Positions 1 through 13,000 of a stretch of 64,000 nt of DNA are shown here, piece after piece. Position numbers and translations under genes: made by a program. Each line of letters begins with the position of its first letter. The stretch's first letter is position 1. The notes under the pieces are model-generated. The model made no database searches and had not been told where the DNA came from. It saw only the letters and a program-made list of their open reading frames with translations. Origin of the DNA: Camelus dromedarius (taxonomy: Eukaryota); contig NC_087437.1 in NCBI RefSeq assembly GCF_036321535.1, forward strand, positions 54,748,001-54,812,000, written 5' to 3'.

Positions 1-820
1 ATCACCTCACACCAGTCAGAATGGCCATCATTATAAAGTCCAGAAATGATAAATGTTGGAGAGGGTGTGGAAAAAAGGGAACCCTCCTACACTGCTGGTG
101 GGAATGTAGTTTGGTACAGCCATTGTGGAAAACAGTATGGAGATTCCTCAAAAACCTAAAACGAGAGTTACCCAATGATCCAGCAACCCCATTCTTGGGC
201 ATATATCCAGAAGGAATTCTAATTCAAAAAGGTACATGTACCCCTGTGTTCATATCAGCACTATTTACAATAGGCAAGGCATGGAAACAACCTAAATGTC
301 CATCAATAGATGACTGGATAAAGAAACTGGTATATTTATACAATGGAATACTACTCAGCCATTAAAAGGAATAAAATAATGCCATTTGCAGCAACATGAA
401 TAGACCTGGAGAGCATCATTCTATGTGAAGTAAGCCAGAAAAAGAAAGAAAAAATACGATATGCTATCACTTACACGTGGAATATAAAAAAAAAAGACAA
501 ATGAACTTATTTATAAAACAGCGACAGACTCACAGACATAGGAAACAAACTTATGGTTACCAGGGGGTAAAGGGGATAAGAAGGGCTAAATTGAGAGTTT
601 GAGATTTGCAGATACTAAGTACTGTATATAAAATAGATAAGTAATAAATTCTATTATAGCACAGGAATTATATTCAAAATCTTGTAGTAACCTATAATGA
701 AAAAAGAACATGAAAACAAATATATGTATGTATATGTACGACTGAAACATTATGCTGTATTTCAGAAGTTGACACAACATTGTAAACTGACTATACTTCA
801 ATAAAACAAAACAAAACAAA
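1..820 (+). mobile_element. LINE-1 3' end (ORF2 C-terminus, 3' UTR, A-rich tail), continues off the left edge
   Basis: ORF 21-365 has the ORF2 CCHC motif [18 protein letters not shown] and LGIYP, then slips frame; typical 3' UTR; ends ctatacttcAATAAAacaaaacaaaacaaa. Confidence 0.95.
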
Positions 821-2848
821 GAGCTTCAAAATTTAAAAAAAAGTGTTATTGCTGCATGAAAGTGTAGAAATATTTTTAAGGCTTTTGATACCTGTTACCA
901 AATTTTCTTGAGAAAAATTTTATCTTTAACACTCCTACTTTATACAAGAAGCATACAGGAGTGCTGAATTTCCTGTATCACCTTATACCTACATTGTGCT
1001 CCATCACTCTTTTTAATCTTAGTCCTTTCATTTAGGAAATTAAGTACTATCAGAGTCAACAATTTGTTTTTAGTAAAGCAGCTGAAAATAAAAATGGAAG
1101 AAAAATAGGAAGGCGACTTTTCTGATATATAATTATACATAATAAAAGCCTGAACTCCAAAACAGTCTAGTGTGAGAACTAAAGAATTGAAGTTACTTGG
1201 TTAGGTTACATATCTTCTCATTTATGGAACCAGGGATTCCCTGCCTTGCCCTGATAATTATCACTTCTCCCAGAGAGTCCTCAAAAGGGCTGCACACTCA
1301 GGGAACAGGAGCAAAACGGGAATCCAGGAGCAGCTGCTTTATTGCTGAGCACTTAATCTCTAAGACAGAGGTCTGTAGTCACGCTGAGATGGTGCTTAGG
1401 CTTTGGCTCTGGAATTAAGCAGGTTTTTGATTCTATCTCTAATAAGAACAACACATTGAGTAAATCAGAGCAGTTCCTTTTATGTTTTTAGTTACAACAA
1501 CCAATGGGCAGTAAATAGATCCAGAGGGAAGAGAGGTGATGCTTTAAATGGGACTTATCCTCAGTGATTTCTTGACCTCTGCCTATCCCAGTATTTCCTG
1601 GTGGTTTTTAAAACCTTATTCGGCTCAGTATTTGCAGATGACACATTCCTAGATACTGAACATTCTCTTGAATTGTGTGCATGTGTTACTTTAAAATTTT
1701 AAGTGGGTAGAACAATGGCAGGTTAAAATTTTGTATAATGGAAAGTGAGTTTTCCTTCCAGTCTTGTTTCCCAGTTACAGAATTTAGCTGCTTCTTAGAG
1801 GCCTCTTGCTGTTAACAATTTGGGGGGAATCTACTTAAAAGATAGTCTCTGATAATACAGGCATGTATGTATATGTATTATCACATAAATAACATTTACA
1901 TGCTGTCCTAAACCTTGAGTACTTCACTTTAAAAATAGTTTACTCAATATGCTTTCTGATGTAGTTTTCTTGGTGGCACATGTGTTTTAATGCTAAGTAA
2001 AGATGGATTGGAGGGTAAACTTGTAAATAAAGTCTTCAATTGCTCAGTTATATAATAAATTGCCTCTCGTCTATGAGGAGAATGTTGCGGCTGTGACGTA
2101 ACTCTCACCTTATGGAGACTATCACTCCTGTTATTTACACCTGTTTTATCTATCCACTTGATCTCTTTACTCAATCTTGCTGAGAGAGGTTCTTCTCACA
2201 TTTGGTCTCCTCTGCTATTTGAGCAAGTTTAGACTCAGCTGCCATTTTGTGCGTAAGTGAAAAGGAAAAAAAATATGTCATTTATCATGTACACATTGTA
2301 CAAGAGTCTTACATATAATTTAGCTTAGTGGTGTTCAGACTGTTGGTTGAGACCCCTTTATGGTCACAGTCACTTTAGTGGGTCACAGGCAACACTTTTA
2401 AGATCAATAAACAGAAAATGTTAATGTGCATTACATGCAATACACATGGCTTCATGAAACCCTAGTTTCAAATACACATGTATTTATACATGTCCAGATA
2501 GTAGCTTTGCATCATGACATAAAAGGTTATTTCTTTGAGTTGTGGTCAAAAAAAATTTATAGACTCAGTTTTAACTGCTTTCATCTGCAGAGTGACACTG
2601 TGAAGTGGACAATGTCATCCTCATTTAATGGGTAAGGAAAACTGAACCTCAGATGGTTGCATTGCCTTTCTGAAGTAAGAGGTAGAAAGAACTAGGGTTT
2701 GTGTTTTAAGTTTCAGGGCTTGAAATTTTGTACTATTTTTTTTGGAACTTATTTCCTTTCTCTGTTAGTTACTATTAGTGGAAAAGAATAACAGTCTTTC
2801 CTTGAAGCTTAGATTTGGTCACAGTAATTAATTTTATTTCACGTGTTT

Positions 2849-2853
<5 letters not shown>

Positions 2854-2880
<27 letters not shown>
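2854..2880. repeat. (TG)n microsatellite
   Basis: About 13 uninterrupted TG units. Confidence 0.95.
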
Positions 2881-3051
2881 TCGTGTTCCAACCCCATCTC
2901 TTGTGTACTCAGGATTTAAACTCTTAATTTGAGGAGCTCCTAAGTGATTTTATTTATACTTACCTTAAAGTTTAGATTTTCCTCACACAACCAAAATTCT
3001 TCACTTAAAAAAGTGTGAGGGCCAACATCCGCTATCTGGAAGGGCCCTAGA

Positions 3052-3205
3052 GCAGTGCTCCTCCATGTGCAGTCCACACATCTACTTCAGCATCAGCTGG
3101 GAGCTTGTTTAAAATGCAGAATGTCAGGCCTCACCCTGGACCTGCTGAATCACGCTCTGCATTTTATCTACATCTTTTTAATGATTTGTACATTGATGTT
3201 TGAAA
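3052..3205 (+). mobile_element. MER5-like hAT-Charlie DNA transposon relic
   Basis: cagcatcagctgggagcttgtttaaaatgcagaat...ggcctcaccctggacctgctgaatca resembles the MER5 consensus. Confidence 0.75.
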
Positions 3206-3259
3206 AGGATCTAAGGCATTAGGTCAAATTAAAAAAAAATCAATTGAGTGATTATATGT

Positions 3260-3480
3260 CTGTTTATTTATTTAGTTGTTCAACCTACGTTTGCTGAGGG
3301 ATGGCATGGCGCAAACCTCATGCCAGCTGGTTATAAAGATAAATTATGAGTGAGCTCTGCCTGTTAGGAGCTTAAATTCTAACTAGGAGAGAATGACCGT
3401 AAACACATAAATGCAATTAAGTATACTAGATGCTCTGATAGAACTGTGTATGTGGCACCATAGGGCTGTTATCTAAATCT
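3260..3480 (-). mobile_element. L2 3'-end fragment
   Basis: ttcaacctacgtttgctgag...ctgcctgttaggagcttaaattctaactaggagag is a degenerate antisense L2 3' terminus. Confidence 0.6.
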
Positions 3481-5177
3481 GCATGTAGGTCTACATGGAC
3501 ATTTGGATCTAGAAGAAAGAGAATGATGCTTGCTTTTATTTTTATTTTTTTTTAAACCATAGTAAATGAATCCAGACTTCATTGATGATGTGAGTTTAAT
3601 TACTCCCTTGTGTTTTTGCACTACAATCATGCATAACCAGTAAATTTACCACCTTTGCTGGTAAATTCTTGTTATTTTTTTCCCTCTGATGAGGGACTTT
3701 GTGTCACGAAAGCCTAGGCAAGGTCTGCTTTTAGGTAGTAGATGCCCTTCGTACGTGCCTGAGCCGTGTCACTAGGGCAACCACAGTGGGTAATAATCAG
3801 CTACTGCCAAGCAGCCATGTCTGCTTCTCGATGCCACTGCCTTTTTTACCCCTAGACTAGGAAGGGTAGCTTGGGAAAATACGCATGCCTGGCTTTCTGG
3901 GAATTTTTCCTCACTCTCTTCTTTTTAAGTTGATGGCATGCAAGCAGTCTATTTTCTGATGCAAACTGGTGTAAAGGAGTGTTTGGGAGTCAGGGATACA
4001 TTACTTTATTTGCCAGTCTCCCTTTAACTGCCTCATGGTGCCACATCCGGCACAAAGCAAAACCTTTTGAATTTTAGCTGAATGAGGTGGGATGGTAGAG
4101 AGCAAGTCAAGCAAGATCTTACCTAGCTTCTCTCCAAGGCATCGCAAGGATCTGTTTCCAGCTTTGTATTTCAGTAGCTGTGTAACTTTAGAGTAAACCA
4201 TTTTACCAGATAATTGAGGAATAAATGTGTTTTGCCTCTTGGGTTGGCTTTGGATGATAAGAAAAAGGGTAAGGAGGGAACCAAGCTTATAGACACAGGT
4301 CTGTGACTACCCCACTTCTTATAAAACCCAATGTTTCTATCTTAGATTTTATGTGTCACTGCACTCCCCAGTTGCCTGATGGCATGTTCTTTTTTGGCTT
4401 GCCTGTTTCGTTTACTCAATGCTGCTGTAATTCACAGCGTCTGGGAGTTCACTTGGATTCCCCCAGCAAGCCTAGGCTAGGCAAAGCATGCACTAATGCC
4501 AAGGTCTACAGCTTAGAATTGCTGGTTGGAAGGTCCTGTGGCTGATTCCTTTCAGATGCTTTTCTCTAGGAGGGTCACCACCCAAGCATGCAAGCCAGAT
4601 GCTCTTGTATTGTTTGAAGACATCTACTAGATAGGGAAGGATCTCCCCCCACAGCCCCCAACATTTATGTTCTTTTTATTTTGCCATCTTCCTTAAACAT
4701 GGAAAATATGACTTCTCTCTTAAGCTAAACTTATTCTTACTGCAACTTAGAGGCCTTTCCCTTTGTTGATTTGTCTGTTGAAAGGCCAAGCCTTAAATCA
4801 GAATTCCCATAAAAGCTCTCAGACTGATTTAAAGTAGTTATTAAGAATTTTTCATTTCAACTATCTTTACTAGTTATGCTTCCTTTCAAAGGACCTATTT
4901 TATATCCCTTTACCATGTATCCATTTTCTAGATATTTACCCATTTCTTTACATTGTTTTAAAATGTGAGCTCCACTGTAAAGAATGTAATGAGACGCCTA
5001 TGATGATTGAGCTTGAAAACTGAAAAACTTTGGAAAAAAAAGGAAAACCTTGGTCTCACTTAATAACTGATCAAAATAAGCATATAATTATTATGAGGTT
5101 ATTATTATGACTTTAAAATTCACCTAATCTTACCTAGAATACACGGTCTAGATTTATGTTGTTTTCAAGATACTTCT

Positions 5178-5446
5178 CTTTTTTGTAATTTTATTTTTTA
5201 TTGAAGTGTAGTTGATTTACAATGTTAGTTTCAGGTGTACAGCAGAGCAATTCAGTTCTACATATATATAATACATATTTCTCAGATCCCTTTCCATTGT
5301 ATGTTATTACAAGAAATTGAGTATAGTTCCCTGTTCTCTACAGTAGGTCCTTGTTGTTTATCTATTTTATATATAGTAATGTGTATCTGTTAATCCCAAA
5401 CTCCTAATTTATCCCTCCCTGACCCTTTCTCTTTTGGTAACCATAG
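5178..5446 (-). mobile_element. 5'-truncated LINE-1 3' UTR fragment
   Basis: T-rich tail then ttattgaagtgtagttgatttacaatgttagtttcaggtgtacagc...ttggtaaccata, the reverse complement of a 3' UTR related to the L1 at 1-820. Confidence 0.9.
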
Positions 5447-6036
5447 TATTTCTTTTAAAAAAGACATTCCATTTTCTTTTCCAGCTCCTTTTCACCCTCC
5501 CAGGATCTCATCAACCTGTACCTCACTGTATTTAATTTCTATGACAGAAATATGGTCAGGATGGGTATAGTTTGAAAGCACCTCAGAGACAGGCAGTTGT
5601 GCTTTTTATTCTAAGACAAATCTGCTGTGAGAATTTGGACTGTTCATGTGGCTTTTGTGGGCCTCTGTTTTTACCTTTGTAATAGGATCTCCAAGATTTC
5701 ATTCAGTCTGACTCAGTTTAATGGTTTGACAATTCTCTGTGACAGAAAGAATCTGGTAAAGTATAATAAGGTGCTCAAAAATCCTCTTTTAAATTGGGTA
5801 TGAAGAAGACATAGGTCCAGATAGAACATTCGAACCTGAAATTTAAGCTGTGAAGTAGTATTTAGTTGTTAAGTCTCCATCAACCTAGACTTCTTTGCCG
5901 ATCACTTAAAACCTTATTTTGAGCTTTTGTCTCATACATTATGACTTTAAAGGTAGAAAAGATCTTGGTGGCAATTCTTTCTAGTTAACAGGTGTTAAAT
6001 GTTTTTTTCAGGGCAGTGCTTGGCCAAATGAAGGCC

Positions 6037-6236
6037 AGTGAGTTTCTCAGTTCTGGCTGCGTGTTGGAATTATCTGGGTTTTAAAGGAATACGGGCATCT
6101 GAGCCTTCTTCCCCATTCCCTTTCCTCATCCCCAAGATGCTAAATGCATTGGTATCAGATAGAGTTTTGGCATCAGCATATTTAGATAAGCTTCCTTGGT
6201 GATTCTAATAATGTAGCCAATGATTAGAACTACTGG
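6037..6236. mobile_element. MER5B-like DNA transposon relic
   Basis: tttctcagttctggctgcgtgttggaattatctggg ... ggtgattctaataatgtagccaatgattagaactactg. Confidence 0.65.
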
Positions 6237-6416
6237 GTAGAGTTAATAAATGTTTATGAGACTTACAATCTTAATAAAGATATAGACAAAGTATGTCTCC
6301 AGATGTGCACATCCAGGAGGATAAGAGGAGTAGAAATTTTTCTATATGACATATTATTGAACCTTTCCAATCCCATGGGTTCTAAAGTAGGAATAATACG
6401 GTACTTTGCTTTTATG

Positions 6417-6592
6417 CAGTGGTTCTCAAAGTGTGATCCTAGCATCACCTGGGGTTTTATTAGGAATGCAGATTATTAGGTCCCAACTCAGACTTACTGA
6501 ATCAAAACCTCTGGGGAGTAGTACCCAGCAATCTGTGTTTTAACCAGACCTTCTAGAGATCCTCATGAACTCTAAAGCTTCAGAACCATCAG
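6417..6592 (+). mobile_element. MER5A DNA transposon
   Basis: Starts cagtggttctcaaagtgtg, internal agcatcacctgg...aatgcagatt...ctactgaatca-like motifs, ends cagaaccatcag. Confidence 0.85.
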
Positions 6593-7977
6593 CATAGAGA
6601 GTTGTGGGAATAAGAGGCAGCCTAGGAAAATCCTACCACAGTGCCTGGTGCATAGTGAGAGTCTAAAAAGCAAATTACTCTAAAGATAGCGTGTTTGACT
6701 TTTTGGTAGTCTGAATATGGCTAGGAGCTTGACTTGACAGCAGTTAGCTACTCTTCCAACTCTAAGACTATTATTCAGAAAGCAAATGGAACTCAAGTGA
6801 GCAATCTTAAAGGTGTATCAGAAGAACCAGCCCAAATCACCGTCCTTCCACTGTGGGATGTAGGCACTTTCTTTTCTGAAGACCTACGTTGTGTTGTTTC
6901 TGTACTATACAGAAGTGCCTCACTGAGTGACAGACACTGCAGCTCTCCCACTACGTGCTGAACAGCTGAAATGCAAGGAGAAGCTGTTTACCCATAGAGG
7001 AGTACAGTCCCTAGAAACATCAAAAATACTATTTTTAAAAGGAAAAGGACAACTAGAGAAATTTTTTTTAAGAATGTTTTCTCTTTTAATAGAATTTGTT
7101 GCAGAGAGTATTTTAAAAGATTTCATACCATGAACCCATAGCGCTGTTGGGTATCCTGGTATCCCAAAGCCTGGACTGTATATAGATTTCCAAGTTGGAT
7201 GCTTTTTAATTCCGGTTTCTCCTAATCTGTCCTGCACATACTTTTAGGTTAGTTTTTAGTAAATCATATTCTTACAAGTGTTTCCTTCTCAGAAATCCTT
7301 AATAGACCCTCACTGCATGCATGTTAACATTCAGACTCTTTGCTTTGCACTCAATGTGCAACACACGTAAAAACTTATTTTCACATTGCTCTACTTTTTA
7401 TAACCTACTAGTGTTATTTTACATTCTTATCTTTATGCTATATTGTAACATGCCCTTTATTTTTTAGGTCCTGATCTGATTTATTTTTATTTTTTATTTT
7501 TTTTACCATTATGCGTTTATTTCCCTTTCTGCCTAGCATAGGCTTGCTCTCTTCATCATAATGTTCAGGGACAATTTAAATGCTCCATTATAGCTCCCGT
7601 GTTCTTCCAACTGGAAGTAAGATTTCCTTTGTCCCAACTTCCAGAAGAGTATGTTTGCAGATCTTAGGAGATTTTATCTTGTGTTCTCCTTACCTGTTTA
7701 CACATTTCCCCCCTCTACTTGACTGAAAATTTAGGGCAAGTAACAAGTCTCAGACACTTCAGTAATCCACCACTTCAAGCACCTTCTCTGTTCTGACTGT
7801 ACTCCATCCCTCTACACTAGCTTTTATGTCACTGCTAAGTGTCAAATCTGGTTCTCATTCTTCTGAAAGTTAGACTGCTAATTAAACTGAAGAGAACTAA
7901 GATAGAGAATAATTGCTAAGCAGGACAAAAAATTGTGTGTCATAGCCGATTGCAAAACAGCAAAATGCCAGCTAATA

Positions 7978-8899
7978 CAAATCTTCCTTGACTTGCAGTG
8001 GGGTTACATCCTGATAAACCCATTGTAAATTGAAAATATTGTTAAGTTGAAAATGCATTTAATACACCTAACCTACCAGATCATATAGCTTAGCCTAGCC
8101 TACCTTAAACATGCTCGGAATGCTTACGTTAGCCTACAGTTGGGCAAAAATCATCTATCACAAAGCCTATTTTATAATAAAATGTTGAATATCTTATGTA
8201 ATTTATTGGACATTGTACTGAAAGTGAAGAACAGAATGGTTGTTTGGGTTCAGAATGGTTGTAAGTGTATTGGCTATTCACTCTTTTTGTGTGTATATAT
8301 ATTTTTTATTAAAGTATAGTCATTTTACAATGTTGTGTCAATTTCTGGTGTACAGCATCATGCCATGTGTAGCAACATGGATGGACCTGGAGATGGTCAT
8401 TCTAAGTGAAGTAAGCCAGAAAGAGAAAGAAAAATACCATATGATATCACTTATATGTGGAATCTGAAACAAAACAAATGAACCTATTTACAAAACAGAA
8501 ACAGACTCACAGATGGAGAAAACAAACTTATGGTTACCGGGGGGAAGGAGGTGGGAAGGGGTAAACTGGGAGTTCAAGATTTGCAGATACTAACTAATAT
8601 ATATAAAACAGATAAACAACAAATTTATACTGTATAGCACAGGGAACTATGTTCAGTATCTTGTAGTAGCTTATGGTGAAAAAGAATAGAAGTAGGCTGT
8701 TCACGCTTGTGATCCCACGGCTGACTGGGAGCTGCGGCTTGGTGTCGTCACCCAGCATCATGAGAGTATTGGGCTGCACGTGGAAGCCCAGGAATAGATC
8801 AAAATTCAAAGTATGTTTTCTGCTGAATGGCCATCACTTTTGCAACGTAGTAGAGTCAAGAAATTATAGGTCAAATCATCGTAAGTTGGGAACTGTCTA
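7978..8899 (+). mobile_element. Tigger5/MER47-like TcMar DNA transposon, interrupted by an L1
   Basis: TA then caaatcttccttgacttgcagtggggttacatcctgataaaccc at left; catcgtaagttgggaactgtcta at right (degenerate inverted termini); internal tagcttagcctagcctaccttaaac motif. Confidence 0.8.
8285..8694 (-). mobile_element. 5'-inverted LINE-1 insertion (tail segment on -, inverted segment on +)
   Basis: 8285-8360 is an antisense L1 3' terminus and 8361-8694 is sense L1 3' sequence; flanked by ggctattcactct (8272-8284) and ggctgttcacgct (8695-8707). Confidence 0.88.
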
Positions 8900-8967
8900 T
8901 GTTTTTTAAGAGTGCTGTAAAATTGTGTCCTGTTAACTAACTTCACGTGTGTGTTTCCTTTCTGCAG

Positions 8968-9080
8968 GTGACTTCCTTCCACCCCCACCTCCACCTCTAG
9001 ATGATCCCATTGCTATTCCTTCTGGCTCTGGAAACTTCCCTCCTCCACCACCCCTTGATGAAGGTGCTTTCAGGGCACAG
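8968..9080 (+). CDS. LPP: LPP internal coding exon (113 nt, phase 1 to phase 0), proline-rich pre-LIM region with two ActA-like EVH1-binding motifs
   Basis: Acceptor gtttcctttctgcAG (8966-8967), branch-like CTAAC at 8937-8941, donor CAG|GTAAGA at 9081. Translates (G)DFLPPPPPPLDDPIAIPSGSGNFPPPPPLDEGAFRAQ, matching the LPP sequence I recall (human GDFLPPPPPPLDDSSALPSISGNFPPPPPLDEEAFKVQ). Confidence 0.97.
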
Positions 9081-9739
9081 GTAAGATCTATGGTTAAAGT
9101 CGTGTTTATAAGCCATGCTAGGAATCGTGAATTCTGAGATTGTTTCTGTGGTGGATAAACATTTTTCCAGAGCCTACAGAGAGCTTTACAACTCACAAAG
9201 AGCTAAGGCACTTTAATGCAAAATGCCCACCTCAAGCTTCTCAGAGTTCTGCCGGCTTGCACTCTGAAGCCTTGGAAATCCTTTTACCTACTAATTTTAT
9301 TTTGAAACTGAAAGCCATTCTTTAGGAATGCCATTTGAGAAGTTCACGTTTCCTTGTTATCCTGGGGTCACACAACCATGCTTTTTCATTGCCTCTTTTT
9401 CTCTATCCATAAACGTTGCATTCTAAATGAGTAAGGCTGGTATTTTAAGGCTCTGATTGGTCACAGTGGGAACTAATTGGTCAGCAACATATTTTTAGCG
9501 GAAGCAGCAGCAAAAATTCTTAGCGTTTCTCTTCTGAGTGAGGTCAGGGACGCACAGGGTAGTGTATATTGACACTTAGAAGTTTTGTGCTCCAGGGTGT
9601 GTTGACAGCAAAGTGCCTCAGAGCTGGAATCAGAAGCAACAGTAGAAGTGCTCAGCCTGTGATCATTTAGGGGCACTGGTGACCAGCAGCCACTGTTTAG
9701 GCAGTTAAGTACCAGTTATGTCAGGAAGGAAAATTAAAT

Positions 9740-10030
9740 AATAATGTCATAGAATTACTGTCATATTTTGGGGGTGATGATGTTAATGAAGATATGCTAA
9801 AGAAGAAAAATTCTTATTTTTTAGAGAAATGTCAGCAGGATTTGTGAATGAAATGGAATAGTGTCTGGTATTTGCTTCAAGATAATAAGAATAGGGAGCT
9901 ACTGAGTGAGATTATAGGTGAGAAAAGATTCGCTATGAGTTGATAATTGTTGGGTGCATGGAGGTTTATTTCCTTATTTGTCCTACCTCTGTATGTGTTT
10001 AAAATGTCCCAGAGTAAGTTTTAAAGAGGA
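9740..10030 (+). mobile_element. Old L1 (L1MC/L1ME-type) 3' UTR fragment
   Basis: aatgaaatgga..tgtctggtatttgcttcaagataat...atgagttgataattgttg...tgcatggaggtttatt pattern. Confidence 0.6.
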
Positions 10031-13000
10031 AAAGCCATAGAGAGTAACTGCTGTAATAGTTCAGTTGGTTGTCTGGCTTTCTTTCTCCTAAATTTCAGGG
10101 TGGGGCAGACAAAGGAAGAAAGGATTCATTCATTCAACAAATAGAAATTGTATAGCTAAAAAGACAGACAGGGTTCTGCTTTCATGAGACTCATGTATTA
10201 GTGGAACCAGTGGAACAAAATACTTGCGTTACAAAATCCATCAGAATGAGATCAAGGCCATGGGTCATGAGAAGGGGAAAGTGATATGGGCTGCTGAGGA
10301 CGGGCATGAGGCGGTGACATCTAAACACAGACTTGGAGGATGAGAGGAAAGAGCAAGCCATGTGGATTTCTCGGGGTATGTGCTTTCATGTGGTAGATCT
10401 TCAGTAGTAGAATAAGCTTTGTGTATTATCAGCCAGTTGAAAATCGGAAGTTCCACTTCCAACCAGTAAGCAGCTCCAGTTCAGTCTTCTAAAGACTATT
10501 AAAAATGGTATGTCTTAGACACATATGTCATAAATTTCCTACCTTTTATCTTGCCATAGCTGGGAAAATCAAAGATCATGTGCCAGAAATGGACAACAAT
10601 CCTACAACATGTATACTTATTTTATGCATTAGCTAGATCCCTTGCCAAATAAGAATTACATGATTGATTTCCATTGTTTTTAGTCATTTTTTAAATTAAC
10701 AATGAAAAAAGAAAAACCTTAAAGCTTGCCTTTTATATTTCTGTGCTCTCATTTTGTTGGGAGCTGTTCTTTGCTATTGTTTAATTTATACAGTGAAACA
10801 CTACTTTGTCTGTCTTCTCTCTTGAATCGTTATGGGACTATTTTGTAAGCAGTTAAAATCTTGAGTTTTAAAAATTCACTTGACCTGTGACAGAAGACTT
10901 ATGTTTGTATACTGGTTGAGCCGCTCATTCTAGTCACATGATCTTGAGCAGGTCACACTCAGATGCAGTTTCCTCATAATTAAAAATAAGGTAACTGTAT
11001 CTAATAGTTACATGAAATAGAGATGGATTTGAAAGTGCTCAAATATAATCACTGTACAGGTATTTTGATGTTATAATTGTCACTGTGTAAAAATAACGGC
11101 TGTAAGAATAATAAAAAGGCTTGCCAAAGGGTTCCAGTAAGAAAAAATTCAAACATGGGGCTTTCATAAAATTACAAGAAGTCTTTTTCTGTATGGACCT
11201 TGTCCTGGTAACTATATCAAAACCGTGACTTTGTTTTTGAAAAAGAAGGAAATAAACAAAAAGCCTGTTGCCATGTTGGCTTATGTTCTCTGTAAAACAG
11301 AAGGAAGAAGGATAAAAAATAAAATAGAGTTTGCCAAATGGAAAAGGGCAAATCTGGTAGAAGAGGCGTGTTGTTCTTGAATATATGGAAGATTGTTGGC
11401 AAGTTCAAAAGAAAATGGTCACGTCCTTTCCTTGGGTGGGAGTGACGTGATGTGCTGATGGTGTGGCCCCACGCTGGCCGTATTCGCACCGCCTTTAACC
11501 ATGAGCTACAGTGGAGCCCAGGGTAATCTAAGCACTGGCGAGAATTCTGCACTTTTTCCCCTCAGCCATGGTGAAAACTCTTGTTGCCAAGCCCAAATTA
11601 TAGCTGGTAAATGTGTGTTTTTATGTAGAAGTCTGTTTATATTTCCAGCCAGATTTTCAGGTCAGAGCCAGAAGTACGTCTACTAAGTTTAAGTGTAAGA
11701 ATTATAAGATCTTCAGAGCTGAAAGGGGCCTAAGGGATCATTTAGTCGAACCCTGGCACCGGTCATCTAGTTACAGCCTTCGCAAGTACTTGCCAAATGA
11801 GTTAATTCCCTCTCTTTGCAAATGGGGGAACTGAGACCCAAGAAGGGGTCGACCCTGTAGCTTCTGACAGAACTCTCTGGAGAAATCTTATCTCTTGATC
11901 TGTTCTTCTGCTCACTGTGCACATGGTTTTGCTTCAACCCTTTCAAGGCTCTGAGGTTCAGACAAGGGGGTACATGCTTTCGTTTGGAAGGCCCAGGTGT
12001 TGCTTGACTCTGTATTTTTGATACATGGTGTAAACGTTTTCTCTTATCAAAAGACAAATATTTAGTGTCAAGAATTTGTGTTTTGAGAATTCTCATTTTT
12101 ATAGGAAAGTATGAATCTTAGGAAATCAACAAGACAGTTTCTTTTCTGTCAGTATCAGTTTGAGCTCAATGCCTATCAGGTCTGGGGCGACCATTTAGTA
12201 GTCACTTCATTCAATCACGATAAACTAAATACCTTCTATAAGTTGGGCACATGTGCTCTAGGGGTGATAGCCTTCCCACTTGGCATCACAGATCTAGTGC
12301 CCTGAGTCCCAGCTTTGGGGCTGTTAGACTTGTTCAAGCTGATGCCACAATTGGTAACTTTTTCCTATTTCAGCCACCCAGTGGGCAGGTATATAGCCTT
12401 GTTTAAAGTACTTTCAAAGGGGGAGAATACGTCCTAGAATTTCAGGTTTGCAAGGGAATTTGAGAGCTCATAACTCAAGTGCCTTTCTGTTGTTTGAATC
12501 TCCTAATTCTTTTCAATTTAGTGAAATGTTTCTGGGTGGCTATTACAGGTAAGGCAATGTTGAGGGATAAGCAGTGGATCAGATACAACCTCAAGTTTGG
12601 GAGATGCATATATACACAAATTCCAAATTAAAATTAAATTATACCTTGGTCATCATGCTTAGATTAGAAGCACAATCTAAGTTCTATATTGTGGTGGAAG
12701 GTGAGGGAAATAAATTAACTATGACTAGAGACATTAAAGGATTCTTGGAAACAGTTTCAACTAAACTGAAGTTTCATGGCTAATTAGGATCTTAATTTTC
12801 AGATGGAGGATAGACTTTTAGGCAATAAAGTAACAAGAATAAGAATACAGAATATTCCTAAGAATATTCTGAAATCATTCCAGTGTTTGCTATTATTTTA
12901 ATATAAGATTGACATACATCCCCAGATCTGTTGTCGGATGTCAAGTGGTGCTTTTAACGCACCATCAGACAAAATAAACTGCCTTTGTGGGAAGCCCTAT

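Noticed and set aside
21..365. 114-aa ORF as a host gene
   Set aside because: It is the frameshifted C-terminus of L1 ORF2.
12541..12554. CAG|GTAAGG as another recursive site (similarly CAG|GTAAGA near 35716)
   Set aside because: No pyrimidine tract immediately upstream; isolated donor-like matches are common.
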